Part shown: positions 1 through 15,135 of the stretch, piece by piece
How positions within the stretch are numbered: the first letter of the stretch is position 1
How the letters are laid out: each line of letters opens with the position of its first letter
Source of the DNA: Eledone cirrhosa
Lineage: Eukaryota
Assembly (NCBI GenBank): GCA_964016885.1
Contig: OZ024749.1
Span: 45,694,001 to 45,758,000 of the forward strand
Direction of reading: 5' to 3'
DNA length: 64,000 nucleotides
Program-made: the position numbers and the translations under genes
The notes under the pieces: generated by a model
Told to the model about the DNA's origin: nothing
The model's input: only the letters and a program-made list of their open reading frames with translations
Databases searched by the model: none

Positions 1-14
1 ATGCATATACACAA

Positions 15-101
<87 letters not shown>

Positions 102-229
102 ATGAAAGGGTGAAGGCAGCGATTCTTTGCTTAAACTTTAATCTGTTATTTTCATAAAGAAATATATATATATATACATATCAATGATATTAATACATGG
201 AAACTATCTTTATAAACTATCTACATATT

Positions 230-290
230 TATTTTATTATATATATTTCAAGGGTACCAACATTTTTGTACGCCCTCATCAGATAAAATA
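230..290 (-). ncRNA. Minimal type I hammerhead ribozyme (family B), intact core
   Basis: Minus strand reads tattttat-CTGATGA-gggcgtac(aaaaatgttg)gtaccctt-GAAA-tatata-TA-ataaaata. Stem I is 8 bp, stem II has one C-C mismatch, stem III is the palindrome UAUAUA, and the triplet is AUA. Confidence 0.8.
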
Positions 291-508
291 CAAAAATTGT
301 TTTATAAATATTGATATATCCAAAAAGAAGAACTTATTGTTTTAAGTTCATTTTGGATGGTGAAAGAAATTTCAAATCATAGGATGAAATATGTTAATGA
401 GGCTAAACCTACATTTGAAAAAGATCGTTATGCCGAGGCCGAGGTATTCCGTACTTCTCTGTACTGTTTCAGAAAGAAGGGATAAACATGCCAATCTACG
501 TTTTGAAT

Positions 509-552
509 CCCGAGCAACGCCGGGCCATTCTGCTACGGGCCATTCTGCTAGT
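509..552 (+). mobile_element. Helitron-like 3' terminus
   Basis: GC-rich hairpin cccgagcaacgccggg followed about 10 nt later by CTAG|T. The terminal 15-mer cgggccattctgcta is tandemly duplicated (521-535, 536-550). Confidence 0.6.
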
Positions 553-687
553 GGATAATAACATAAATATGGTTTATTAATATCATTGATATTATACTCC
601 AGATATTATACTCTAGAAAACTGTAGAGTGCTTCGAATCTGTTATAATTAAATTTGTTGAATATCTAACAAATTAAATATCTATTTG

Positions 688-738
<51 letters not shown>

Positions 739-926
739 AGATAGATAGATAGATAGAAACATGCATATATACATACATGTAGATAAATAGTTATATGAAT
801 AGTATGTATATGTCCAAATATTACTTCCATAAAATAATTAAGTAGAGGATAATTAATAGATGGTGTAGAACATAACCTTTGTTTTACAGCACTCACATAG
901 AGAAACATACACTCACACCCATACAC

Positions 927-990
927 ACAGCTATCTAGCTGTCGAAATGGACGGAGCTCAGCCGTCGGGGGTCCTGACTTTTTTCCTATA
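927..990 (+). mobile_element. Family A element, short arm (3' half of a hammerhead)
   Basis: acagcta-tc-tagctgt hairpin, then cGAAA-tggacggagctcagcc-GTC-ggggg...ttcctata. Homologous to 2982-3040 and 53004-53050. Confidence 0.6.
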
Positions 991-1098
991 TACATATATA
1001 TAACTTTAATCTGTTATTTTAATAAATAAATATATATATATATATATATAAGTAGTTCCATAACAGTTAGTCCAATCTTTCTCTCTCTCTCACTGTCC

Positions 1099-1137
<39 letters not shown>

Positions 1138-2287
1138 TCTTTCTCTCTCTCTCTATATATATATATACAGAGAGATAGAGAGGGCGGAGAGAGGAAAAAA
1201 ATGAAAGAGAATTGCTTCTGTAATATTCAGAAATATATACCATGTTTTAATCTTCACCTTCTATATACACCGAATCTTTATTAACATTTCACTCTATATA
1301 GCTAACTATGTATCTTACCTATTCCTGTAAAATGGTATTCCTATCTACATTTCTATGTCATTATACTCTCTTTCCCTCCTTTATCGTCTCAGGCTTTCAA
1401 TCCCTACTTCATTCATTTCTATCTAGATGTGAATACTTAACATTAATTTCACTATATAAGTCTCTGTTCTTCTCTAATACCATACATTATTTAACATCTT
1501 TTCTCTCTCCCACGTACTCACTTTATATCGCTTTATATCTATTTAACTAGCTCTTTCTCTCTTTCTCTCTCTCCCCCCCTCTCTCCATCCCACCCCCACC
1601 CCCTCTCTATCTCTCTCTCTGGTCCACTCTTCCACTTATTGCTCTTCACCGACACCATTCCGCTGCACAACTTCATTCTTGTCTTCCCGTAGCTATTGTA
1701 CATTTTAGGAGATCGTGTGTAGTCAGTGTAATAACCACACAGATATTACACTCGTTATATTATTGGCTGTCAGCTACAACATGTGCCCTTGGCTGTAATT
1801 TCATGTCCCGTGCAGGTGGTGAAACCTTTCGACCGAGAGCAAAGTTTCCTTGATGCCATCGCCAAATACAGCTAGTAGCGTCAAACCGTTCGCTTGGAAG
1901 GAGCCGTTTTACGCGCCATTAGACTGACCTATGAATGACAAGTCAACTGCGGTACGAACGATCGTGGGCAGCATGGTAAGAACAAGGAACCAGTCTATTC
2001 TGAAATAATTCCAAACAGACGGTTAGGTACCTTATTTAATTCAAATTACAGCAAGCATTTCTAGCTAACATTTTTACACGTCCTTTAATTATCTATAGGA
2101 ATCTAAATAATCGTGAACATAATCTATCTATCTATATCTGTCTTTATTCATTTCTCTCCCTCTGTTTTCCTACACACGTGTATTTATATATATTTATATA
2201 CACATATATATGTAAATATATATATATGTATATATATGTGTGTGTGTGTTTCTAATAAACAAGTTTATTACGTATATGTATACCTAT

Positions 2288-2778
<491 letters not shown>

Positions 2779-2835
2779 TATATATATATATATACATCCA
2801 TACATACATGTATATGCATATATATATATATATAT

Positions 2836-3040
2836 AACGACGGAGATGTGGTAAGGAACCAGATGGACCATAACGCACCAAAGTACTCGATACTTAGGGT
2901 AGTAGAGTGGGTAATAGGAACAAGTAGGACCCCGACGGCTGAGCTCAAGCCGTTTCGACGGCTAATTCTGGAATAATAATGTCCAGAATTAGCCGTCGAA
3001 ATGGCTTGAGCTCTGCCGTCGGGGTCCTAGTTGTTCCTAT
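2836..3040 (-). mobile_element. Family A asymmetric hairpin element in (TA)n
   Basis: Tail 2836-2913, arm 2914-2972, 9-nt loop, inverted arm 2982-3040. Each arm contains GAAA-[ggcttgagctc(a/t)gcc]-GTC. Confidence 0.8.
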
Positions 3041-3702
3041 ATATGCATATATATTTATATATATATCAATCTTCAGCCAAATATATATTTATTTAGGATT
3101 TGCTTAACCTGTCTTTCATGAGGGTCTGCGTAACACATATTAGGCTGCTAGAAAATTATTTTTTTACACAAGTCACATTACATAATAATATTGATTCTAT
3201 GGACTTCTAGGAACATCGATGACGAAATTCGAAACAGTTTCATGAAATAAATTGAATGTGGGTGGGAAATATGAAAATAAGTAAATACGGATTCTAGGAA
3301 AATTTTGAAATGAAAGTTATATTTTGAAACACATTTGCGGAAGGTTTAGGTTTCTTTCAATAATTATATGTACACTCATGTAAACATAAACACACATAAG
3401 GGCATTTACACAGACACACATATATACACACACACAAGCACACACACCCACATATATATGTATATATATATACATACATATGTATACATATATATATATG
3501 TGTATATATAAATATATTTATACATATATATATATATGTATGTATATATGTATATATCTGTATATATATATGTCCGTGTTCATGTGTATTATCGTGCGTT
3601 TCTGTTGTATGTAGTCTTGCATGTCTAATGTCTTATTTTTGTTTCGCCAACTCGAATCGACAAGGCGTATTGAAGAGGCAGAGAGAGGGGGGGATAGAGA
3701 GA

Positions 3703-3804
<102 letters not shown>

Positions 3805-4690
3805 GTAATGGGGAGGAGAAAGAAATGGTATGAGACCAGTGCTGAACTCAAGTCAAGATCAACGGTCTGAGATGCATAACTCTATTGGCACGCGGATGTT
3901 CAACTGCGTAATCTCACACTTTTCCGAAAGCTGCCGATGTCACGTACAAGCTGCTTTCTCTACCGTGAAGGCTGCTGATCGTTGTTAATATTTTTTTTTT
4001 TTTTTTTTTTTTTTTCCATTATATTTTTTACTGGTGTTGTTGATATTGTTGTTTGTGTTGTTATGTTTGTAGTATTTAGTAATGGTTTTTTTCTGAACTT
4101 TTACAGGTGTGCTTGTAAGGTTTGTGTTTATTTTATTATTATTTTTATTGTTATTATCTCCCCTTTAATTGTTATTCTGCATCCATTTCATCTACTTTTA
4201 ATTTTCTCTTTCTTCGTTTCTTTCCTTTCGTTTATGAAATAACGATCTCAGTCTGTTGTTGATGTTAACAGGACAGAATCATTATGATCGTGGGTCTAAT
4301 CATAGCAGTAGTGATAATCATAAGATTCACATAAGGATGATGAAGTCGGTGATGATGATGGTATGTAGGAGGAGTAGGAGGAGGAAAAGATGGAAGAAGA
4401 TGGGGATAACGATGACGAATATGTTGATGTTGATGATTGATGTGTGGTCAAATAGCTGGTGGTCATCTTTGTCGTGTTAGAGGTTGGCAATAGTGGACGA
4501 ACTGGGCTTGTTAGATTTGGTGTTGGTAATATTGAGGACGTTGATGATGTTTGTGATGACAATTTTGCTCTAACTGCTTAAGATTCTGATAATAAATGTG
4601 GTTCTGGTGTTTCTATTGTAACGCATGGTGATGACAACATTGAGACAATGTTGTTGCGAATAATTTTCATCAAAATCATCTAAAATGGTC

Positions 4691-4743
4691 AGAAGAAGAA
4701 GAAGAAGAAGAAGAAGAAGAAGAAGAAGAAGAAGAAGAAGAAG
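4691..4743. repeat. (AAG)n microsatellite
   Basis: Directly visible. Confidence 0.98.
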
Positions 4744-5401
4744 ACAACTAACTCACCTTACACTCTGTGTTCAACAACTAATAACATATTTAAATTCTTT
4801 GTTTTTGCAATTGCCGGTTTGAGTGGAATTTTGCTGCTATTTCAAGCCATATAAATAGACAAGTAGAGGTTCATTTCTTGTGTAGTTATCATTAGTATAG
4901 ATTCTGTATATCTTCTATTGCATTAGTTTCTGAGTTCAAATCCCATTTACAATGCCTTTATTTTTTTTATAGAGACATATAAATTAAAGTAAGTAAACAA
5001 ATCGATTTAATTGAATGAACTCCAAGAATTAAAATACCTCTCGCTCTGTGCCAGCATTAGAATTTACTAGGATTGGCTAGACTCAATGTTCATGCATACA
5101 TTTACTTGATATTATAAAATTAATTACATTTGAGTAATAAAGATGAATAGAACAATTAGAAGGAAGAAGTTTTAAGAGTAAGAGTGTGATTTATTAAACG
5201 TTTGTATGTGAACATTGTTTATTGTTTAACTGAATACTTCAAAGTACAGAAGTTTCTGGTTAGCCAATTCTAGCGATATGATAAAAATCCGGTTTACATC
5301 AGTCGACCAGTTCTGTATCCTGGAACTGAAGCATCTACACTAGAATCATTTGGATCGCGTTTCTCGGATGAGGAAAATTTCACACCTTGGTGCGTATTAT
5401 C

Positions 5402-5591
5402 GGTGGATTGGCAGTATCGGTAGAGGGTCGGACGCCATTCTTTGCAGCAAAGAGTTACAGCCCATTATGGTCTGAGTTCAAAACCCGCCGAGGTTAACTT
5501 TGCCTTTCATCTTTACCGGGTCGATAAAATAAAGTACCAGTAATACACTGGAATAATTGCTGGCCTTGTGCCAAAAGTAGAAAGAATTATT
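5402..5591 (+). mobile_element. tRNA-derived SINE (major family, short subfamily)
   Basis: Box A-like TGGCAGTATCGG, box B-like GAGTTCAAA, central gcctttcatc..ggggtcgataaaataaagtaccag, tail ccttgtgccaaaagtagaaa..attatt. More than 25 copies in the window. Confidence 0.9.
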
Positions 5592-6421
5592 CTACGCTAA
5601 GCAATTAATAACATTTTGTGTCTGCTTTAATTTCTCCAACCAGTCATGGAGCCCGTTGGATAAAACCTGATCATGATGCTTTTACTTTTATATATGGCAT
5701 AACAGAAAAAAAAAGATCATAAGAACGTCTTACATCATGTAGTTACCCGACCAGGCACAGGATTGAGCGAAAGCACATAATGACTAACTGGCAGCACATC
5801 TGCTAGAGACAGCAGCCAAATTCAGGTTTAATGACTTTCGTCATCTAATTAAATGGATCAACAAATTTGTTGGAAATATTACAGGAAATTATACTAAATA
5901 ATATACATAACGGGTTATTAATATTATGGACCTCAAATGGATGAAGAAAAATTCTGACGTGAATTGGACATAGATCTCAAATATCGAAGTTCAATAACGG
6001 ACAGAGTTGTGTGCGATGCTCAAACAATTCTTTCCAACTGACAGCAAGGAAAGTAAAGAATGAACCCCCAACCAACAAAGTAAAACAGAACATGAACAGT
6101 ACTAAATGTTAAAACTGATGAAGAAGCGAAACACGATGGAGTTATATAATCTAAAGCAAACGATTAATAATTGTAAAAGAAAGAAGAAAGAAACTGAAAT
6201 GCCAACGAAAGAAATATTAATAAAAATAGGAAGAGTATGAAGGAAAAAATAATACTAAAACGATGTTAAAAATAATGGATGGTGTGCAATCCTCCGCTAA
6301 AAAGGTCTTATAAAGAGCATATAATACGAAATAAATCAGAGAAAAAAGACGAAGACAGGAAATGTGTGAGGAAACAATGGACAAGAGGAAAGAAATAATG
6401 TGTGCATGTATATACATGTGC

Positions 6422-7300
<879 letters not shown>

Positions 7301-7873
7301 AGTAAATATTGAGTAACTCAGATGCGATAGGCAAATTTCCAACGATTATCCATTGAATAGAGGCGCAAAAAGGAAAAAGAAAATGCAGTCACACATAGAA
7401 AATCGTATAAAAATGCGACAATGAAAGTAGCTGTTAGATTATATATACAATGTCTATAGGAATGAAAGAGAGAAGTAAAATATATTTATGCGTCTCACTT
7501 CGGCGAACAGATAAGAAAAAATATAAGTGTTAGGATGATATCAATCTACTGATAAACTAGCTGGTTAATAGAATGTCAACGGAAAGCTCATTAATCTGGT
7601 TGTGAGTGTACATTCTAGAATATACTTACTTCTAAAGGCCCAGAGTATAGAGAACAAATATAGACAGAGACACGCATACACAAATATACGTAAGAAATCA
7701 TACTGTGAGACATACAACCATATACAGACACATAGATATATATTGAAATATGTAAACTCATGTAAGCACGGGTGAAAGCTTAACTGTGTATGCCTGTAAC
7801 ATCTATCTCTTTATTTTATCGATTTCTACATCTTCACCAATACGGGTTGTAGACCCACACGCACACACACACG

Positions 7874-7904
<31 letters not shown>

Positions 7905-8632
7905 TAGTATGTGCACGCCTGTTTCTTTTGCCTTGTCTGTGAGTGAGCGTTGGCAGGCGATTCACTGGAACATAACGGGAATACTCAATAATATGGGAAG
8001 AGTGAAACATACGTCTGCTACAATAGTTCAGGTCAAATATAAAGTTCATTTAATAATTTATTATTTCAAACACTCTATGATGAAGACGCTTTAAGCACCA
8101 AGATTTTTCTGATTTACGCAATCTTGAATCTTTTGTCTTATTTTCTCTCTACTGACATAATAGAGAGGTCATACAATACAACAAATGAGCCACTGAGTGA
8201 GCATTCAAAACAGCTAGAAATAGCAGCAAACTTCCACACAGATCAACCTTCACTTCTTCATTTTTCTTATTTTTGGTTTATCTTCTTCTTTCAGTTGTAC
8301 CCAATGTATCGTGCGCGTGGGGTCAGGAGAATCCCCTTAGGCGTTCTTTGTTGGTTATTAAAATGCTCGCTTGACTCATCGTTGTCATGGACCTGAATTT
8401 AAAACAATAACATAATTAGTTGTAAGCCTTGCCGAGTGGTCAAGGAATTTTATGTATATATGTGTCTATGTCTCTTTCCCTCTTTCTCTCTCTTAGTTAC
8501 GTGTCTGTTTGAATGTTGTTATCGTCTATTGTGACCTTTTTTTTCTTATCTGTGGAATAATCATTTGTACGAAAGATAAGGGCACTGACGTTTATTTAAA
8601 TGTATATCAGACGGACATTAAATTACATCTTC

Positions 8633-8715
<83 letters not shown>

Positions 8716-8719
<4 letters not shown>

Positions 8720-9062
8720 CCCTTGGGAAATCCTACAGTGTTTCGAAAGTTTTTGTTCCCATTGATCGTAGATTTACTGGAATTCAATTTCGTAGAGTGT
8801 CCTTAGATTGTCAGTCATCATTTTTATGTTTTCCGCAGTCCCAAAATGATGATCCTTCAAATTCGATTTCAGCTTAGTGAAAATGTTGAAATCACACGGA
8901 GCTTGGTCTGAAAGGTTGGGAAGATCTGGACGAGTGGAAATGTTTTTATTCGCCAGAGATTCTCTAATTGAAATTGCTATGTGACAAGGTACATTACCGT
9001 GGTGTAGTAACCTAACTTATGCAATGTTCTTTCGGATTCGGTGGACCCATTTTTGAAATCGT
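8716..9062 (-). pseudogene. Mariner-family transposase relic (C-terminal catalytic region)
   Basis: Minus strand translates RFQKWVHRIRKNIA*VRLLHHGNVPCHIAISIRESLANKNISTRPDLPNLSDQAPCDFNIFTKLKSNLKDHHFGTAENIK...WEQKLSKHCRISQGKY. This matches the decayed mariner HHDNAPxH and PYSPDLAPxDF motifs, with in-frame stops. Confidence 0.85.
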
Positions 9063-9223
9063 ACCAAAAGATGGAAACCGACTTCAAATCAACTATTATT
9101 TACAATTAAACATTTTGGCAACACTTTTTCCATCATAGGAATACATATGTCTAAAACGTGTTCAGTTTAAAATTTATAAATTGAACAACGACTTCAAGAA
9201 TTCTAATTTATATTGTTTATAAT

Positions 9224-9409
9224 TGTTTCTACTTTAGGCACAAGGCCAGCAATTACCCAGTGCATTACTGGTACTTTATTTTATCGACCCCGTAAGGATG
9301 AAAGGCAAAGTCAACCTCGGCGGTATTTGAACTGAGATCGTAAAGGGACGTAACTATGCTGGAAAGCATGGCGTCCGACCCTCTTACCGATACTGCCAAT
9401 CCACCGCCC
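9224..9409 (-). mobile_element. tRNA-SINE, full length, 17-bp TSD
   Basis: Family consensus flanked by tttatattgtttataat at 9207-9223 and 9410-9426. Confidence 0.93.
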
Positions 9410-10054
9410 TTTATATTGTTTATAATGATGTTCAGTTTCTTATTCACGATTTGTTTACATGTATTCTACGAATTGATGTAATGACTTGTATTTTTTTATA
9501 GTTTGTAATTCCCTAACGAACTATTTCAATCAAGGATGAACTCAACAGTTATAAGCACGACTTTTTGAGCGTAAATTCCTCTCAATGTCTTTGATTAATT
9601 ATCGGCGGATTAATTCTAAATGTATTGTTCTACTGAAAATCTTTGTTTGTTTCAACAAATCACATTATCCGTTTACCCGTTGATCCGTTTATCTTAGTTT
9701 TATTAACTAAAAGAGAATGAGTGTGTGTGTGTGTGGAGAGAGAGAAAGAGAGAGAGAGAGATAGAGAGGGAGAGAGAGAGAGAATGAGTAGGAAGATTGG
9801 AGGCTAGTGTAAGAAAGTCGCTGAAGACTAGTGTGGATACATCGATGTAAAAACTATAGATAGATACGTGGTGCTTTTTAGTGTGTGCGGTCCTGCTACA
9901 CAAATACACAAACACATACAAATGCGTATGGCCTAACTAGTTAAGACACACGCACACAAACACGCACAGATATATATAAAATATATATTTGTTTATAAGT
10001 CTGTGTAAGTGAGTGTATTAATGAGCTAGGTCGTATATATATATGTATATATAT

Positions 10055-10085
<31 letters not shown>

Positions 10086-10463
10086 GCATGTGTACGTGTG
10101 TATAAGTGTGTGTTGTGTCTATGTGTGTTGCATGTATGTAAGAGAAGGTGAGGTAGAGAGAGGAAAGAGGTAAGTGTAAGAGTGAGCGGCTGCGATTTAA
10201 GCAAGTACAAGCATCTCATTCAAGTCAATTCATCCCGTCTTCTTATCTCAGACCACCTAAGCAACCTCACTCTTATTTCCAGTATGTTTCCACGTTTATT
10301 TTTTACACTCTTACAAACAGAAAAAAACAATTCACAGACACACACACATGCAAACACACACACCCGATCACATACACACACCTTCTCAAACACATACACA
10401 CACACACACACACACAGACACACACACACACTCACACATATATATTTATATGTATATATGTAT

Positions 10464-10549
<86 letters not shown>

Positions 10550-10628
10550 GTGTATATGAATAAAAATATGCATATATATATATATGCATATATATATATC
10601 CATATCTACATATAAACATATATATATT

Positions 10629-10678
<50 letters not shown>

Positions 10679-10962
10679 TCTTTATTATCTCGCCAGCCTT
10701 CTTTTTTGAACCCCATCTAATGTGATGTGAAAGAATATAAAATGCAAAGGAAAGAAGTTGGTGGGGAAAATACTCTGAAAGAAACATGTAACAACAGGTT
10801 ACACCTGATAATAATGAATATGACGCTTTAAGTCTCAAAGTTAATGTCATCATCTTAACAATAGACGAGATGTCATTATACAAAACTCTACTCTAAGACT
10901 AATGAGGATAATTAAATATTGACAAACACTCTGTACTTCAATGTCAGTTCATATATATATAC

Positions 10963-11042
<80 letters not shown>

Positions 11043-11046
11043 ATAC

Positions 11047-11085
11047 ATGAAGAGGTCACAGAGTGTGTGACGAAAGGACTATGAC
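11047..11085 (+). ncRNA. Decayed hammerhead-like motif next to (TA)n
   Basis: aTGAAGA-g-gtcaca(gagtg)tgtgac-GAAA. The first core C is substituted and stem III/I are unclear. Begins like the 57220 motif (TGAAGAggtcacag). Confidence 0.4.
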
Positions 11086-11305
11086 TATATATAAACAACT
11101 ATCTGGTTGTGGAACCAACCAACCAACCAGAAATTTATAAGTTTGTAGATTTGTAAATTTATAAATTTATAAATATATAATAAATTGAAGTGAAGCAACT
11201 GGTGCGTGTGTTTCTTATTGGCAACATGACCCTCCCAAAGTATAACAATATCGGTCTCAACACACGATTTCAGATAAAGAATCTTGCTAAACAAATTCAG
11301 AAACG

Positions 11306-11420
<115 letters not shown>

Positions 11421-11610
11421 CAGCGAGAGTGTGGTAAGATACCAGGTGGACCATAATGCACCAGACAACTCAATACTTAGGGTCGTAGTGTGGTTAATAG
11501 TAAAAGAATCAGGACGCCGACGGTTGAGCTCCGGACGTTTCGACAGCTAGATCCGAACTTCCTGTCGGAACGGCCGGAGCTCAGGCGTCGTGGTCCTAAC
11601 ACTTTTCCTA
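11421..11610 (-). mobile_element. Family A asymmetric hairpin element (diverged)
   Basis: Tail gtggtaag..ccaggtggaccataa.gcacc, arm ...gagctccggacgtttcgacag, inverted arm ctgtcggaacggccggagctc...ttcctata. Lies in (TA)n. Confidence 0.75.
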
Positions 11611-11789
11611 TATATATATATATATATATATATATAGGAAAAGTGTCATATATATAACACTGAATACAATCACACGTGTGTATATGCATGCATATCTGTC
11701 CCTCTGCAAGTGTGGATGTATGTTGTATGCATTTATGTATGTATGCATGTATATGTGTAAGTAAGAAAGTGTATATGCATATATATATA

Positions 11790-11976
11790 CGTAAATTCCT
11801 TTATAGCGAAAATCACGGTGTATGAAAAAAAAATTCTTTGTAACATAAAACTCTTTATAGGGAGATCAACTGAAAAAATCGAGTGTTTGTTTGCTACTAT
11901 CTCTGGGTTTGAAAAAATATTTCGTTATACTGAAAAATGCATTATAATGGAATTCGTTATAACGGAACTTTACCTC
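11790..11976. mobile_element. pogo/Tigger-like MITE (Tc1/mariner superfamily)
   Basis: Imperfect TIRs gtaaattcctttatagcgaa / ttcgttataacggaactttac, with subterminal ttcgttata repeats and TA flanks. Confidence 0.55.
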
Positions 11977-11988
11977 TATATGTAAGTA

Positions 11989-12080
<92 letters not shown>

Positions 12081-12340
12081 CGTATGTATATATATGTGTC
12101 AAGTTAAACTTGAGTGTACAGCATGTCAGATATTGTGTATTAGGGGATTAAACCACCAGCTACCTGACCTTTCTTGCTTGCTAATGAAGGTGATATTGTA
12201 AAAGATAACAAGACTCCGAAACATATCCGCTGTAAAATTTCAAACCAGATCCTTAAAACTAGAATGGACACTACAAAATATCTTCAATGTTATTCTAATG
12301 AATCTCCCCAGAGATTTCGGATATGTTTCTCCGTCTCATA

Positions 12341-12522
12341 ATTATTTCTACTTTTGGCACAAGGCCAGCAATTACCAGTAAATTACTGGTACTTTATTTT
12401 ATCGACACCGTTTTGATGAAAGGCAACGTTAACCTCGACGGGATTTGAACTCAGGCCGTAAGGGGACGTAACTATGCTGGAAAGCAAGGCGTCCAACCCT
12501 CCACGATAAGGCCAATTCATCG
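12341..12522 (-). mobile_element. tRNA-SINE
   Basis: Reverse complement of the family consensus. Confidence 0.9.
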
Positions 12523-13342
12523 ATAATAATACAATCAGTGAAGAACTGCTTTCTATATCTTTGACCCTCCTACACAAATATATAATTATATTTATTAGTA
12601 TTTTTCTTGAGCGTTCTAATGAATATTATTATATTACTTTTCTCCACGATAGAGACGATTATCGTTTGATTCTGTGCAGTTAAAATATGAAGTAAATATT
12701 TTGTTTGTCTATTTACTAACTATCTATTGTCTTCAGAAAATTATTTACGCTTTCTTTTAATATGTTGTTACTACTTTCTGAAATAAACCGCGTTTGTTTA
12801 TTTAAACACAACTACAAAGATGTGAATTAAATTACCAGTAATTTAAAGTACTGCACATTTATTAAACATCATTGCACATTGCTTATATCATTGCATATTC
12901 ATTATATATATATAATTAAACAGTAATACATTCATTATGTGAAGTTTCCCATACGTACATGCCTGTGATTTTTCGTGTAACCGAAATACAATGGTATATC
13001 CTGCTCTTTGTTGCTTTGTAGTAATGCCGATTCTTATTGGACAAAGTAGGCCACGTTGTCTGTCATTTTTTGAACAAAAATAATCGATGTTCAAAATTAT
13101 AAGGGAGATTACGCTCGAATATTACCCGAGCCTATTCCCGATGGCTCACAGTCAAAAGTTTCTCGATTGTTTTCAAAATGGTCAGTATGTAGAGTCAGTC
13201 TAACTATTACCTCAACATCGCTATTCTGGTCTAGCAATGGGGAGATAACGTCCCTGATTATATCAAATTTTAGATATATTCAGATAGATTTACCTGGTAA
13301 CATGGTATATATAGAGTTATAGCTGTACCAATGTATTTATAA

Positions 13343-13375
<33 letters not shown>

Positions 13376-13381
<6 letters not shown>

Positions 13382-13634
13382 GTGAGGTTTTTTTTACAAT
13401 ATTGAAAATTAACCGAGGTGTCCTACACGGGTGAAAATGCAACTGGAGTCTTTTTTTTTAAAATATATATTTATTTGGTTCCTTTACCGGTTTAGCAGTT
13501 CTTCTGCTTTTCAAAAGTAGAATTGAGATGGAGGGGTTGTGGTCTTTCTAACATCATGTGTAAAGGAAACAAATAAATATATATATATTTAAAAAAAAAA
13601 GACTCCTGTTGCATTTTCGATTTCATCTTTTTTC

Positions 13635-13637
<3 letters not shown>
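13376..13637 (-). mobile_element. Inverted-repeat element in (TA)n with decayed hammerhead (family C)
   Basis: Arms 13433-13487 and 13560-13618. Minus strand 13481-13517 reads ctt-tTGAAaA-gcag(aagaa)ctgc-tAAA-ccgg-TA-aagg. Confidence 0.65.
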
Positions 13638-13673
<36 letters not shown>

Positions 13674-14107
13674 TAATAAATTCAAATTTAATTACTTGGA
13701 GTAAAACTTAGTTTTCACTTATTTCCTCAATTCACATCATGCATGAATACAGAATCAACACGTTGTACATTGTGTATATTAATGTGGTAATAGACACTCA
13801 CACGCAAACACACACACGAACAGTGACACATCATATATAGAGAGAAATACATTTTATATATAAATGCGTGAGTTTGTGTTGACTTTCATTAATCAGAGAG
13901 CTCTTTGCGTTTTAAATTCATAATTGTTTCGTTCACTCATGCAATCACACATACATATAATTTACAATTATTCTAAGACTACTACGATAACTTATCTGCA
14001 CACCAACACATTAACACACTAAACACATATACTCCATGTATTCTCTCACCCTCTTCCTCTCTCTCGCTCCCTCTCGCTATATATATACATATATATATAT
14101 ATATCTG

Positions 14108-14281
<174 letters not shown>

Positions 14282-14680
14282 CGTGCGCGTGCGTGCGCGT
14301 GTGTATGTGTGTGTGTGTGTTTCTATCCTGTTATGTTTGCATGTCTGATTTCGAGGGGAAATATATGTCATATAATATTGATTATAAAATTTATAAAACG
14401 GTATTTGAAAAATTGAAGTGTCTTTGTTTGACGAATACTTAAATGGAAACAAATGTAGTTTTAATCATCCAAAGTCTATTATCGCAATAATAATAACGAA
14501 AAAATATTTATGATAATAGTAAAAAGATATTTAGCGTAAATAATAGTAACAATAATCATACCAAGAGCAACAAGTAAGAACAGAAAATAAAACGAAGGGT
14601 ATTAATAATACGAATAAATAATACAACTATTAATAACGATAACAACCTCATTAAGAATAATGATGATGATGATGATGATG

Positions 14681-14752
<72 letters not shown>

Positions 14753-14897
14753 GTTATTATTATAAAAAAAAATAATGATAATAATATTAATAATATTAAT
14801 AATATTAATAATAGTAATGGTAAACTAATATGAAAATCATAATTTTAACACCAATAGTAATCTAAATGCATTAATAAACAACTTTTAATAACATTAT

Positions 14898-15135
14898 AGG
14901 GTCGAACGCCATGCTTTGACGCATAGAGTTACGGTCCTTGCCATTCTGAGTTCACATCCCGCCGAGGTTAACTTTGTCTTTCATCCTTACGGGGTCGATA
15001 GAATAAAGTACCAGTAATGCACTGGGTAATTGCTGGCCTTGTGCCAAAAGTAGAAACAATTATTAATAAATATAATAAAGTATCAGTAATGCACTGAGTA
15101 ATTGCTGGCCTTGTGCCAAAAGTAGAAACAATTAT
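14898..15135 (+). mobile_element. 5'-truncated tRNA-SINE with tandemly duplicated 3' tail
   Basis: The tail taaagta.cagtaatgcactg...gtagaaacaattattaataaatataataaa occurs twice. Confidence 0.88.

Larger units (their letters stand above)
180..690. mobile_element. Hammerhead-bearing inverted-repeat element (Penelope-like pLTR relic, family B), interrupted by a Helitron-like fragment
   Basis: 181-305 matches 43522-43646. About 560-690 is the reverse complement of the 43431-43570 tail/arm. Both outer ends abut (TA)n. Confidence 0.65.

Noticed and set aside
4256-4562. Overlapping Ser- or Met-rich ORFs
   Set aside because: Decayed (GAT/GTT)n trinucleotide sequence.
6116-6145. CTGATGAagaagcGAAAc hammerhead-like string
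   Set aside because: No stem II, stem III or stem I pairing.
9330-9409. SINE heads as tRNA genes
   Set aside because: Box A/B only, no cloverleaf, and always attached to a SINE body and tail.
12180-12230. CTAATGAagg...ccGAAAc possible hammerhead relic
   Set aside because: Core is mutated and stems are not reconstructable, so it is too degenerate to call.
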